From Scyliorhinus canicula (Eukaryota), in NCBI RefSeq assembly GCF_902713615.1, contig NC_052156.1, positions 52,605,631 to 52,669,630 on the forward strand: DNA of 64,000 nt. Reading direction: 5' to 3'. The notes under the pieces were generated by a model. It did no database searches. It worked only from the letters and a program-made list of their open reading frames with translations, and had not been told where the DNA came from. The position numbers were made by a program, and so were the translations under genes. Below, one piece after another: positions 1-10,860 of the stretch (position 1 is its first letter; each line of letters begins with the position of its first letter).

Positions 1-319
1 GATGATGCTCATGTATCTCAACACTAGATGGCATCACTGAGTAGTTTTCTAAAAGGCTGTGTCTCTAAGCATTCTGGGAGAAGCTTATGCAGAAGGATAG
101 TGCGAGATTGAGTTTGAGTGTTGGTTGTATTAGAGACATAATAGATTACTATAACATAGATTCAATACTGTTACTTTGTTAGCTGTGACTTAGTAGAGAG
201 TGTGCAGACCTTTTAAAGTAGTGTAAAATAAACTACTTTGTTTTAAATACGTAGCTTGATGTTCTTTGTAAACACTACAACATTTAGCTATCTTGGAGAA
301 CAATGCAAGGACCACCACA
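1..319 (+). mobile_element. Probable LTR remnant, cut by the window start
   Basis: AATAAA at 227-232 followed by an ...ACCACCACA end; no partner LTR or TSD visible. Confidence 0.35.
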
Positions 320-939
320 CTCTCGTTCCCAACCACTGGGCTACATGCTGTGTGCACCTCCTACCTCGCCATCCACACACCAGGCACCTTGGGGACCTCT
401 GAATCTGGTGCTTATCCCTGATGTCAGGGATACCATTGGCTGGCACTGCCCCCGCCAGGGGTAAGCACCTCGGCACCCGTATGGGCTACTGTGGGTGTTG
501 CCCTGGGTAGGCTGCTGGCGGGTGGCAGCAGGCTGGGGGTGTGGGGGCATCCATATGGCCTGTGTCACTCTGTAAACCAGGGTGGGGGGGGGGGGTTAGT
601 GGGGTGCACAGCAAGATGGCTGCCTTGGTAATGGCGGTCCGTGCCTGGACACCGCCCCAGCCCTGTGTGTGGGTCACCCCGGCTACCCGGCCTGTTTTCC
701 CCAATCGCGGTCGCCGAGGCGTCGGTCGGGTGTCATTGAAAGCGCCCCCTCGGCGATTCTCCGCGCTTGACATGCCAAGTGGTTCATATGTGGTCCTTTC
801 GACACCATCTCCGGCGCTGTGCTAGCCTCCTGAACAGCGGTGAATTGGTGGGCCAGGAGGCCCATTGACGCCGGCGTACACCACTCCGTTGTTTATGCCG
901 CCGTCAACACTTGCCTGCGATTTCGGAGAATCCCGGCCC
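320..939. mobile_element. Non-autonomous PIF/Harbinger fragment
   Basis: GC-rich; ends in GGAGAATCCCGGCCC, the same terminus as the TSD-flanked MITEs at 32451 and 53644; left end missing. Confidence 0.65.
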
Positions 940-1611
940 ATGTGTTCCGGTGCCAGCTGCGGACTCACTGCTGCAGCTTTCCAAGAGCTATGCTCTGAAA
1001 TGCTAATGTTAATCCCGATTGCTGCATATTCTAAAATGTAATGTATGCCTTTTTCCATATTTTGCTCACTCTTTTTAGTCATTTGGCCAGTTCCCGCAAT
1101 CCTGCAGTCACTCAGGTTCTTCTTTTTAATCTGCACAGTGGATTCTTCTGCTGCCTTTCAGCCTTATTCCATTTTTATAAATGTTGCTCGTCTTTTTTTA
1201 TCCAGCCAGGTCCCTTGACTCTGCATTAGGTCAGGTCTGGCAATGGACCTCAACATGCCCTGGTGGAGTCCTTCAGTCTGCGAACCAGCTTGTTTTTAGG
1301 TGCACTGTAACTGTGTTTTCAATTTAGATGCGCTTCCGATAGGTGAGGTGGCAGTCTCTTTAGTTTTTCATGCCTCGAGATTCTGAGTTCCACCTCCAAT
1401 TTTTCTGGGATTTCAGCGTTCACCCTTCACTGCCGCCATGTTGTACGGTTGTCTAGTGTCTCACTAAGAGGTCGGTATGGTCGAACATTAACCATTTATT
1501 GATTAACCGTTAACTGTTTGGGGTGCTGTCTCCATGACTCTACTGTCAGGTACTCTGCATCATCCGGTGTTCAGTACTATTCTCCTGTCCCACATTAACC
1601 CTTGCAGCACA
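940..1611 (-). mobile_element. Gypsy-like 5' LTR (1439-1611), PBS and leader remnant
   Basis: Minus strand reads TGTGCTGCAAGGGTTAATG...AATAAA...ACAACA, followed directly by PBS-like TGGCGGCAGTGA (1438-1427). Confidence 0.6.
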
Positions 1612-1659
1612 ATTCTCAACAGTTAAAAACCACAATAATGCTGCAGGACCCAGTGTCAA

Positions 1660-1980
1660 CCATAAAGAACACCATATTTCACTTAAATATATGTCTGTGC
1701 CAGAGTATCCCAAGGCTCGGGATTAAATGCCCACACCTGGGATACCTCGCCATGGCGCTATTTAACACTTTGGGCGGGGGGGGCTCAGGCGATCGGAGGC
1801 CCCTGGATGGCTCTGGGTAGGCTGGTACCCTGGCATCTCCGATGGCACCCCGGCACCTTGGCACTGCCAGCCTTGCATCTTGGCACTGCCACGGTGTCAG
1901 GCCTGTGGGCGGCAAGAAACACCCTGCTAAACGCAGCCATAACGGCACCCTGTTTTTCTTTTCTATTAAATCGCACACAA
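1660..1980. mobile_element. Harbinger-derived non-autonomous fragment
   Basis: Repeated GGCACTGCC/GGCACC motifs shared with 55010-55830 and 60296-60741; ends in TAAATCGCAC, a TIR variant. Confidence 0.55.
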
Positions 1981-2043
1981 ACTGGCATAAATGGCACCAA
2001 GCCAATGCAAATATGGTCAGTCGCTAGCGAGTATGATTATTAC

Positions 2044-2262
2044 ACGGTGACACAGTGGTTAGCATTGCTGCCTACAGCGCTGAGGACCCGGGTTCGAATC
2101 CCGGCCCTGGGTCACTGTCCGTGTGGAGTTTGCACGTTCTCCCCGTGTCTGCGTGGGTTTCACCCTCACAACCCAAAGATGTGCAGGTTAGGTGGATCGG
2201 CCACGCTGAATTGCCCCTTAATTGGAAACAAATATTTGGATACGCTAAATTTATTTTTAAAA
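2044..2262 (+). mobile_element. HE1-type SINE, short A-tailed variant
   Basis: tRNA-like head with GGTTCGAATCC B box; A-rich end; TSD agtatgatt(a/g)ttac at 2030-2043 and 2263-2276. Confidence 0.9.
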
Positions 2263-2289
2263 AGTATGATTGTTACTGATCATGGGTTC

Positions 2290-3340
2290 TGTGGGTCCTT
2301 GCATGGCTGATGAGCCTTATCCTAGAGCTGCATTTTCGGACGCACACTTGGCAGGTGTTTCTGGGAAGTGGGATTGGGCCTTGGACTCAACATCGCTGGT
2401 ATTCCTTTCTCAAGCTCCTCTTTCTGGGCCTTCTCTTGCCCTCGGGTGTGGAACATAGGACATACGGTGCAGAAGGAGGCCATTCGGCCCATCGAGTCCG
2501 CACCGACCCACTTAAGCCCTCACTTCCACCCTATCACAGTAACCCAATAACCCATCCTAACCTTTTTGTTTTGGACACTAAGGGCAATTTAGCATGGCCA
2601 ATCCACCTAACCTGCACATCTTTAGACTGTGGGAGGAAACCGGAGCACCCAGAGGAAACCCACGCAGACACGGGGGGAACGTGCAGATTCCGCACAGACA
2701 GTGACCCAGCGGGGAATCGAACCTGGGATCCTGGCGCTGTGAAGCCACTTGCACTATCGTGTTCTTGAAGAATTATGTTCCTTCAAACAGGAGGTTCCTC
2801 CAAGAAGGTCTCTTCTGAGCAAGGATCGTTCAGGCATTGATGTCTACAATGCATTTCTTGAGGTAAGCCTTCAGGCTGTCTTTGGAGCATTTCCTTTGTC
2901 CTCCTGTTTGGAAACCTTCCTTAGGTTGGGCAAGGAAGATTTGCTTTGGTAGTCAGCACTATGGCATCCTGAGCACATGGGCAGTCCGGTGGAGTTAATT
3001 TTGGATGATCATGGCCTCAATGCTGGTGCTCTTGATTCCTTCATGGATCCTGATGTGAGTATGTCTGTCCTCCCAGCTGATGAAGAGAATCTAGTTCAGA
3101 CAGCATCGATGGTACCTCTCCAGTGCCCAGAGTTGCCGTCTGTACATAGTCCAAATTTCAGAGCCGTACAGAAGAGTTAGGAAGATGCTTGTACATGAGG
3201 CTATTGATATTGGCAGTCATCCAAGACTCTTGTCCTCATGTGTCCGGAGGCAGCACTCATGGTTTGGAGACAATGTTGCATCTCCATATTGCTATTAGCC
3301 TTAGATGAGACATGGCTCCCCAGGTCGAGGAAATGTGCAG
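2290..3340 (-). mobile_element. RTE-clade LINE 3' fragment, split by an HE1 SINE
   Basis: Minus-strand degenerate translation LLYGSEIWTMYRRQLWALERYHRCCL...ISWEDR...HVLRMP, typical of the RTE ORF C-terminus. Confidence 0.75.
2451..2762 (-). mobile_element. HE1 V-SINE, long form with HER1/CR1 tail
   Basis: Reverse complement of head + V-domain + GGGCCGAATGGCCTCCTTCTGCAC tail with CTATG-type repeats. Confidence 0.9.
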
Positions 3341-3599
3341 TATCAGAATGTGTATTAATGAAAAATGATTGACCAAGACGAGTTGCAGAATGACACTAAT
3401 GTGACTGTTTCTTCTTCATTGATGGGAGTGAATGTTGCTGGCATGGCGAGCATTTATGGTCCCGTCCATAATTGCCCTGAGAAAATAGTGGGAGCTGTCT
3501 TCTTGAACTGCTGTAGTCCACATGGTGTAGCTACAAGGATGTTTCAGGTTCTGATCCAACAACAGCGAAGGACAAGTGACATAGATCCAATAGTGACAT

Positions 3600-4030
3600 A
3601 GATATGTGACTTGGAGAGGAAATACAGGTGGCAGCATTCCCATACAGCTGCTACCTTGTTCTTGTAGCGGCCACGGTTTTAGAAGGTGCTGGCGAAGGAG
3701 CCTTGGCGAGCGGCTGCAGTGCATCATTTATGGCAGCAGTCTGTGCTGCCACTCTTCACCAATACTGAAGAAATTGAATGTTTGAATTACTGGAAGAGCT
3801 GATCAAATAAGTTGTGTTACCCTCAACAGTGTCAAGCTTCTTGCATTTTGTTGGAGATGCACCCATCTAGGCAAGTGCAGAGTATTCCATCACATACCTG
3901 ATTTGTTCATTGCAGATAGTGGACAGACCTTAGCAAGTCAGGAGGTGAGGCAATCATCATACTACCCCAGGCTCTGATCTGCTCATGGCTGGTACAGACT
4001 ACTCCTGGTTTCAAAGATATCAATCATTCT
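3600..4030 (-). mobile_element. Old CR1-like LINE 3' fragment
   Basis: Similar to the reverse complement of 43990-45150 and to 57750-58150. Confidence 0.5.
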
Positions 4031-5519
4031 ATAATATGCAATCATCTATCTCTGAACTGAGTGGGCAGCATGAACTTATGATCAAAGAAGAGTCCAAGCT
4101 TTCAGCTAAAACTGAATATGGCTCTACTCCTAAGTGTAAAAGTGTGTTTAAATGTTGAAAACTTCAAACAGCAAATATAGTGGCCCGAAATGTTTCACGT
4201 CATTGAGGATGAACCATCGTTGTTTCAAAACTTGAATGTGTCCATTAATTATGTGAAAATCATTGCCAGCGTTTGTGAAAGAAATGAAATGAAGCAGCTA
4301 TTGTCTTCATCTGTGACATGAAACAGATGAATAGCAAGTAAATAATTTGAACAGGAAAATGTTCCTGCTCCCATTCACTAATAGGTAACCATAGCTCTTC
4401 ACAGCACAACATGTGAGAGCATGAAATAAGATTATAATAAACTACATTTGTTTATCATGACAAGTGCACTTAATTTTCTTGCAAGCTGTTGTCCAACAGC
4501 ACAGATAATGTTGTCATTGTTGCATTTTGCAATCAAGCCTGTAATTATAATCAATTTTCATTCGGCACATTGGCTGAATACAATTTTAATTACAGTACAT
4601 CAAATAAGCATTGCCATATACATGAGCACATTATTCAGTTTTACTGGTCAAAAGATTTATCTGTTAGCTCTGCACAATATCTGAACTGCACAGAGCTTTC
4701 ATCTATGTTCGCTGTCCATTTCTTATTCATGACCGGGTTGCGAGCTACTGGAGTAAAAGAGGCATTAAGAATTATCGGTCCCTGTTGCTGACAGCTTTGT
4801 TATAGTGGGCACACTGGTATAAAAGTCACATCCGAGGTCAGCAGAAATGCAATATTACCTAGCACGTGCCAATATTCAGATTTACAGACCGTGAAGAAAT
4901 ATCATAGAACTGTAACCTATGGATCTGATATCACCTCAAAACAGCAGGACGTGTTATTAAAATTTAATGATCCAAGTTGGAATTGCAGTACTCAGACCAA
5001 ATGCCCACAAATTGTTTCAAAATAGTTTAAAATCACAGTCCGTTCCTTAATATAGCAAGTACAGTTAGTCGCAAGTGTGTAAATACAATTTCACATATAC
5101 CTATAAAAAAACAAAAATTGGCACTTTATCCACGTTTACAGGATTGGCACCAGGAGGAAGGAACTGGAGGTGTTCAGTCTCTCAAAACCTAATAGTTTTC
5201 AATGATTATTTGAAAGTGACAAGGAAATTCACCCAAAGCTGGCTGAATATTTCTTACGTGTGTACAAGAGGTGCTGATTATATCACTGAGACCCACCCAA
5301 CTATAATTTTGACTTCAGTAGCCTGAGCATGAAGCCATGGTGAGTTTCCTACTGGGCTCACCAAGTTGGGAAAGCCCAAAAAAGGCCAGGTGCTAAGCAT
5401 CCATTTTAGACTTTCCTCTCGGGCTAGGCATACTCCTCCATGTCCCACAAAGAAAACCTTGCCCTGCCCTGGCATGGGATCAGTCCCCCTTCTAGATCAC
5501 AAAACCACCAAGATAATTC

Positions 5520-6150
5520 ATTGCACTTGAGATAACCTACAAGGCTATGGACCAAGAGCTGGAAAAGTGGGATTTGGCTGGATGACTACTTGTTTGCTGA
5601 CATGGAGGTGATTGGCCAAACAGCCTCCTCCCATGCTGTAAATTTCGATGATGCCAAGAAGCTTGATAATTTAAATAGAGAAAACCTAATTTCTGGAACA
5701 CTTTCTGGACATGGCAACATTCATCCAAAGACTGTCAGTTTACACATCTTTGTCGCACTCACTTATTGCCCCTACACTCACTAATCTACATTGACTCAAT
5801 TATAAAATTCTCATGTACAAATCTCTTCAATACATTACTCTTCCCTGTCTCTGTAACCTCCTCCAGTCCTATAATTCTCCATGTAATCAACATCTCTCCA
5901 ACTCTGGACTCCTATGCATCCCCCATTCCCTTTATTTCACTATTGGAGACTCTGCCTTCAGTTTACTAAGCCCTGAGCTCTTTAATTTCTTCGCTAACCT
6001 GTGTTCTCCAACTCATTCCCCCTCATTTGAAACCATCCCTTAATCGTAGTTTTTGACCATGCTTTTATTTACCTGTCCCGGTACTTCAATCTTGGGCTCA
6101 GTGTTCATTTGTGTCCTATTGTGCTCCAATGGGGGTGTTTTGGGGATAAA
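5520..6150 (+). mobile_element. Degenerate CR1 tail followed by an L2 3' fragment
   Basis: GGCCAAACAGCCTCCTCCCATGCTGTAAATT tail, then L2-like CTCTGTAACCTCCTCCAG...GCCTTCAG...TTTTGACCATGCTTTT. Confidence 0.5.
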
Positions 6151-7040
6151 AGGACTTGTATGTATTTTGCAGGACTTCAGGTTGTCCCAAAGCACTTGCA
6201 AGGGAATGAAGTAGTTTTGAAGTGTAGTCACTGTTGTAATATAGGAAATGTAGCAGCTGATTTGTACACAGCAAGCTCCCACAAACATCAGTGATGTAAA
6301 TGGACAGATTATGGTTTTTTTAGTTTCTTTTACAGGAATATATATAGGTCTGGACACTGGAGGAAATTCCCCTCCTCTTTGAAATATTAAGGTAATGTTT
6401 TATGCACACCTGAGAGAGCAGGCATAGTTTAACACAGGGGTGGGCAAACTACGACCCGCGGGCCGCGGCCCACCAAGGTCAAGTCATTAAAAAATTTAAA
6501 AAAAATTTTTTTTTAATTTTTAATTAAAATTTTTTTTTTTATAAGGTTAATGGGGGGGGGGGGCTGTTGAGTTACTGGTATAGGGTGGATACGTTGACTT
6601 GAGTAGGGTGATCATTGCTCGGCACAACATCGAGGGCCGAAGGGCCTGTTCTGTGCTGTACTGTTCTATGTTCTATATGAGGCGCCCAGAATCATAACCG
6701 GGTGAAGCGCCATTTTTGAAAAGTAGAGAAAAAGAGGGCTAAAGGCAGGATGCCGCCGGGGGAAGCGCTGAGGTATATGCCGCACGCTAATTGGTTACAA
6801 CCGGGACTATTAATTAATATACTATGCGGCCCTTTAAAATTGTGAATTTCTGAATGTGGCCCTTGCACGGAAAAGTTTGCCCACCCCTGGTTTAACAGCT
6901 CAACTGATGGTCTGTAACCTCCAACAGTGAAGGACTCCCTCAGTACCGTATACAACTATCAACCTCGGTTATTTTCTCAAATATCTAGACTAGAAATTGA
7001 AATAATCTTCTACCCAGAAATCATAGTGCTCCCACTGAAT
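6150..7040 (-). mobile_element. DeuSINE (SacSINE1/AmnSINE1-like), interrupted by a hAT MITE
   Basis: Minus strand has GTACTGAGGGAGT...TGTTGGAGG...CTCTCAGGTG...TTTGTGGGAGCTTGCTGTG...CAGTGACTACACTTCAAAA, a Deu-domain pattern. Confidence 0.7.
6435..6889. mobile_element. hAT (Charlie-type) MITE
   Basis: Perfect 16-bp TIR CAGGGGTGGGCAAACT; perfect 8-bp TSD GTTTAACA at 6427-6434 and 6890-6897. Confidence 0.95.
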
Positions 7041-8036
7041 TAAGGCTTATATTTGACTACCATATTAAATGCATTGTATAATTCGGAACTTAGTCATGTT
7101 TCGATATTAGTTTGAACAATATATGCTCAATATTCAGCACTAAATCACTTTAGCAACAATCCAATACATCTTTAAAAAAACAGAGGCACAAAATTCAGGC
7201 GAATTAAACTACTGCTGTGTATATTTTTTAAAAAACAGATTTACTATCTACGGATTTATTCATATTTTTGTGAATATTTGAATTTATTGCCGCATGAGAT
7301 GAAAAGGAAATAAAACTACTAAATTTTGGATATGTTGACCAGGCGACACGCACCTATTGATTTATACCCATCAGCTGCACAGAATTGCACGCATCTTCCA
7401 GAATACAAAAGCACAATATCGACCAACGCAGAATGACATCTCAGAGACTGATCTTTAGCTGATGAAAATAAATAGAATCCAAATAACTTCTCCATTGTAA
7501 TTTTTATCTAATACTGTTTGGCTTCTGTAACCCTTTCTGAATGTCATCTAATGCATCATTACTGACTTATGGAACACATGTCGAATAAATGAGAATGAGA
7601 ACACGGCAATGATGCTACTGTCATAGTTTTGGAAGGAAATTATTAGGTAGAGATTCAATTTCATTGCAAACTGATGGAAGCACTATTTTGTTTGAAATTG
7701 TGTGTGTTACAAATCTCAAGCCTATCTTCGATATTCTCCTGGTCTCAGCGGTGGTGAACACTCCTGTAAGCATTTCCTGTTTCGGCAATGTGACCACATG
7801 GTCCAGTAGCTCAATGTTTTTCAAACTTTTTTCCCGGGGACCCATTTTTACCAACCGGCCAACCTTCGGGACCCACGCCGGCCGACCTTCGCGGCCCACG
7901 CCGGCCGACCTTCGGGGCCCACCATTTTCTCTTACCTTGTTTACTGCTGACAAAAATGGAGGAATCGCAATCGAGCCCAAAGCATGTGATGTCAAAGTTC
8001 GGGGGGCATGACCTGCTTTCTGCCTCCCTTCAGGTA

Positions 8037-8443
8037 CAGTAAGAAGTCTTACAACACCAGGTCAAAGTCCAACAGGTTTGTTTCAAACACGAGCTTTCGG
8101 AGCGCAGCTCCTTCCTCAGGTGAATGGCGAGGTATGTTCCAGAAACATTTATATAGACAAAGTCAGAGATGCTGGACAATGCTTGGAATGCGAGCATTTG
8201 CAGGTAATCAAATCATTACAGATCCAGGGAGAGGGATAATCACAGGTTAAAGAGGTGTGAATTGTCTCAAGCCCTGTGTGAGAACCTCTCTGACCACATC
8301 GAGGGCATCTTGAAACCCATCGCACAAGGTACATCCAGCTTCTGTCGCGACATGACGGACTTCCTACAGAAACTCAGCACCCATGGACCAGTTGAACCAG
8401 GAACATTCCTCGTCACAATGGATGTCTCGGCACTCTACACCAG
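8037..8443. mobile_element. Penelope-like element fragment: inverted terminal repeat plus RT piece
   Basis: 8037-8270 is the pLTR in minus orientation with a hammerhead core; 8271-8443 (+) reads ENLSDHIEGILKP...RDMTDFLQKL...FLVTMDVSALYT, the PLE RT motif-A region. Confidence 0.8.
8088..8125 (-). ncRNA. Minimal type-I hammerhead ribozyme motif (PLE-associated)
   Basis: Minus strand: ttcac-CTGAGGA-a-ggagc(tgc)gctcc-GAAA-gc-TC-gtg; CUGANGA/GAAA/UH core with an intact stem II and a short cac/gtg stem I. Confidence 0.6.
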
Positions 8444-9065
8444 CAGTCTGTGCTGCCAATCTTCCTTAAACCACTCTGCCTCTTTAACTCTTTCTCTCTC
8501 TCTCACTTCCTTTAAGCCTCTCCGCCTGTCACGGCTCTCGCAATTGCGCAAATTTGTGCGCGGCAGACGGATTTTAACAGTGCCGGATACAAGCGGCCTT
8601 CAAAAAGGCCGCGACCTATTAAAAAAATGTGACCGCACTGCGCACCGATGAGCGGGCACGCAACCTGTAACCCACCCGTGGGTCGTAACCCAGGCTTTGA
8701 AAATGCTCATCATTTTTTCACTATCTCCAGAGAGATTAGTAACTTTTAAAAAGGTATTTCAATTCCCAGTGACCAACCTAAAGGAATCACATAACACGAT
8801 TTTCAAGTATTAAAACTTTAACTGTCATAAACTAAAGCAACATTGGCTAAACTAAAGCAACATTGACTAAACATTACCTAGTAGGCAACTAATACATAAA
8901 ATTGCAGAAATGTTTTCCCTCCTTTAAAACAACCAAAATCCCATGCCACCATTATACTGCACTGCCTGCTCGCTGAAGAATCGCAGGCACCAGTCCAACA
9001 CTCCCAGCTTCCAAGGGTTCGATTCACCCTGTTTTGTTGGGCATGATCTAACGGCTGTTCATGCA

Positions 9066-9212
9066 AGCGGGATATTCTGGTCCCATGCCGGCACATGGGT
9101 TTCCAGGCAATCTCATTGATCACGGCGGGGCTGGTAAATCCCGGCGGGGCTGGTAAGTCCCGCTGGCGGGCTGTCTCTGCCGCCGTGATGGGTTGGTCAG
9201 TAAATCCCGCCC
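9066..9212. mobile_element. Small Harbinger-type MITE
   Basis: GCGGGATATTCTGG ... CAGTAAATCCCGCCC imperfect TIRs; no clean TSD. Confidence 0.5.
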
Positions 9213-9375
9213 AGTTCTGTAAATTCACTGGAAATTGCACTGTAAATTCTATGATTCTATGAGTTGAGTTGCAACATTAAGTAACTATCAAAAGACGCTT
9301 CTTCAAAATTCCACAGAAGTCCCAAACCAATTACTAACATTAAGGCCTACACCCAATGATTCCTTCCCTGGGCCA

Positions 9376-9602
9376 TGATGTGGAGATGCCGGCGTTGGAC
9401 TGGGGTGAGCACAGTAAGAAATCTTACAACACCAGGTTAAAGTCCAACATGTTTGTTTCAAACACTAGCTTTCGGAGCACTGCTTCTTCCTCAGGTGAAG
9501 GAATCCTCCTCACCTTCCTCACCCGAGGAAGGAGCAGTGCTCCGTAAGCTAGTGTTTGAAACAAACATTTTGGACTTTAACCTGGTGTTGTAAGACTTCT
9601 TA
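9376..9602. mobile_element. Penelope-derived fold-back mini-element
   Basis: Two inverted copies of the 8037 pLTR; 13-bp TSD CTTCCCTGGGCCA at 9363-9375 and 9603-9615. Confidence 0.85.
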
Positions 9603-9970
9603 CTTCCCTGGGCCAAGCCAGGAATGAATCTTTCGGGATCTTTAGATTACCATGGGGTGCCTCTCTTTGACCAGAGATGATGTTCCCTCTGCATTCTGAC
9701 TGATAGTCCACAGAAAGGCAGCACACTCCTCCCTGCTGAACACACTAATCCACTCTTTGTGACACCGCTTAGTCTGAAACCTCAGACAGAAAGTCTGCCC
9801 ACCTTCTCCTGCCTCTGGTTTCAGGTGTGGGATAATTGCACTTTACTCTGCAAGTCTCAAATCTAGACCCTCCTAACTTGATGGTAACAAAGGCTGGTTG
9901 TCAGGTAGAATTCTGAACAGATTATATGATTCTCTACACTGTTCCATTTTATCTTAAATTGAAAAGTCAC

Positions 9971-10197
9971 GGGCAGCACGGTGGCACAGTGGTTAGCATT
10001 GCTGCCTACGGCGCTGAGGACCCGGGTTCGAATCCCGGCCCTGGGTCACTGTCCGTGTGGAGTTTGCACATTCTCCCCGTGTTTGCGTGGGTTTCACCCC
10101 CACAACCCAAAGATGTGCAGGGTAGGCGGATTGGCCATGCTAAATTGCCCCTTAATTGGAAAATATAATTGGGTACCCTAAATTTAAAAAAAAAAAA
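9971..10197 (+). mobile_element. HE1-type SINE, short poly-A variant
   Basis: Full head GGGCAGCACGGTGG; 15-A run; TSD AAATTGAAAAGTCAC at 9956-9970 and 10198-10212 at a TT|AAA site. Confidence 0.95.
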
Positions 10198-10203
10198 AAA
10201 TTG

Positions 10204-10380
10204 AAAAGTCACCATAGTCCCAGATGACCATAGGCTGCTTTCCCCTTTGAGGAAGAGAGCTGAAAGATGGTGATTTAATCTGAGAATCACTACACCTCTT
10301 GCAAGGGACAAGGGGGATAACCCATGTTGTTGGCCTCACTCTGCACCATGAACCAGTTGCCCAACCAACTGGGCCCCCAT
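10204..10380 (-). mobile_element. tRNA-headed SINE of a second, unnamed family
   Basis: Tail GGGGAAAGCAGCCTATGGTCATCTGGGACTATGG also found on the + strand at about 35730-35870. Confidence 0.6.
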
Positions 10381-10627
10381 ACGAGCAATGTTTCAAAACA
10401 CAACAATTTTATAAAATCTTGTATTCATAACAAAATGATATTGTCACCAAGGTGGGTGTATGAGTTGATTGTCCCTTTAAGGGCAACACAGCAGAGGAAG
10501 AAGACCCCTTGTGGTCTGAACGCGACATTATGTGACTAATTTAAATATCTTGAATGGACATCCGATCTGGGGCAGACAATGAAATCTTTCCATCTGTCTC
10601 AATGGGCTCATTGAGATTCGGCTGGAC

Positions 10628-10860
10628 CCCAGTGGTAGCACTAACTCTCAGTCAGAGATTGGGGGTTCAAATTGCATCTGGGAAATTAAGCACATAATAA
10701 TTCAGGCTAGCATTCCAGTGTACTGAGGGAGTGCTGTCTTTCAGATTCTTAAATAGATGTTAATCAGAGAGCCTGTCTTCCCGCTCAGATAGATGTTGAA
10801 GACCCTATTACACTATTCTAGTCTCTCCCTCGCCTGGCAATGATATTGACTAGTGCATTT
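10628..10860 (+). mobile_element. DeuSINE fragment
   Basis: tRNA-like head GGGTTCAAAT, then GTACTGAGGGAGTGCTGTCTTTCAGAT. Confidence 0.6.

Larger units (their letters stand above)
7812..8707. mobile_element. Degenerate hAT-like element hosting a Penelope fragment
   Basis: Ends CAATGTTTTTCAAAC ... CTTTGAAAATGCT; 23-bp subterminal tandem (GGCCGACCTTCG..CCCACGCC) x3 at about 7857-7922; no clean TSD. Confidence 0.55.

Noticed and set aside
8829-8872. 20-bp tandem duplication AACTAAAGCAACATTG(G/A)CTA
   Set aside because: Ordinary local slippage duplication
9971-10045. tRNA-like A/B boxes here and in other SINE heads
   Set aside because: They continue into SINE bodies and are not tRNA genes
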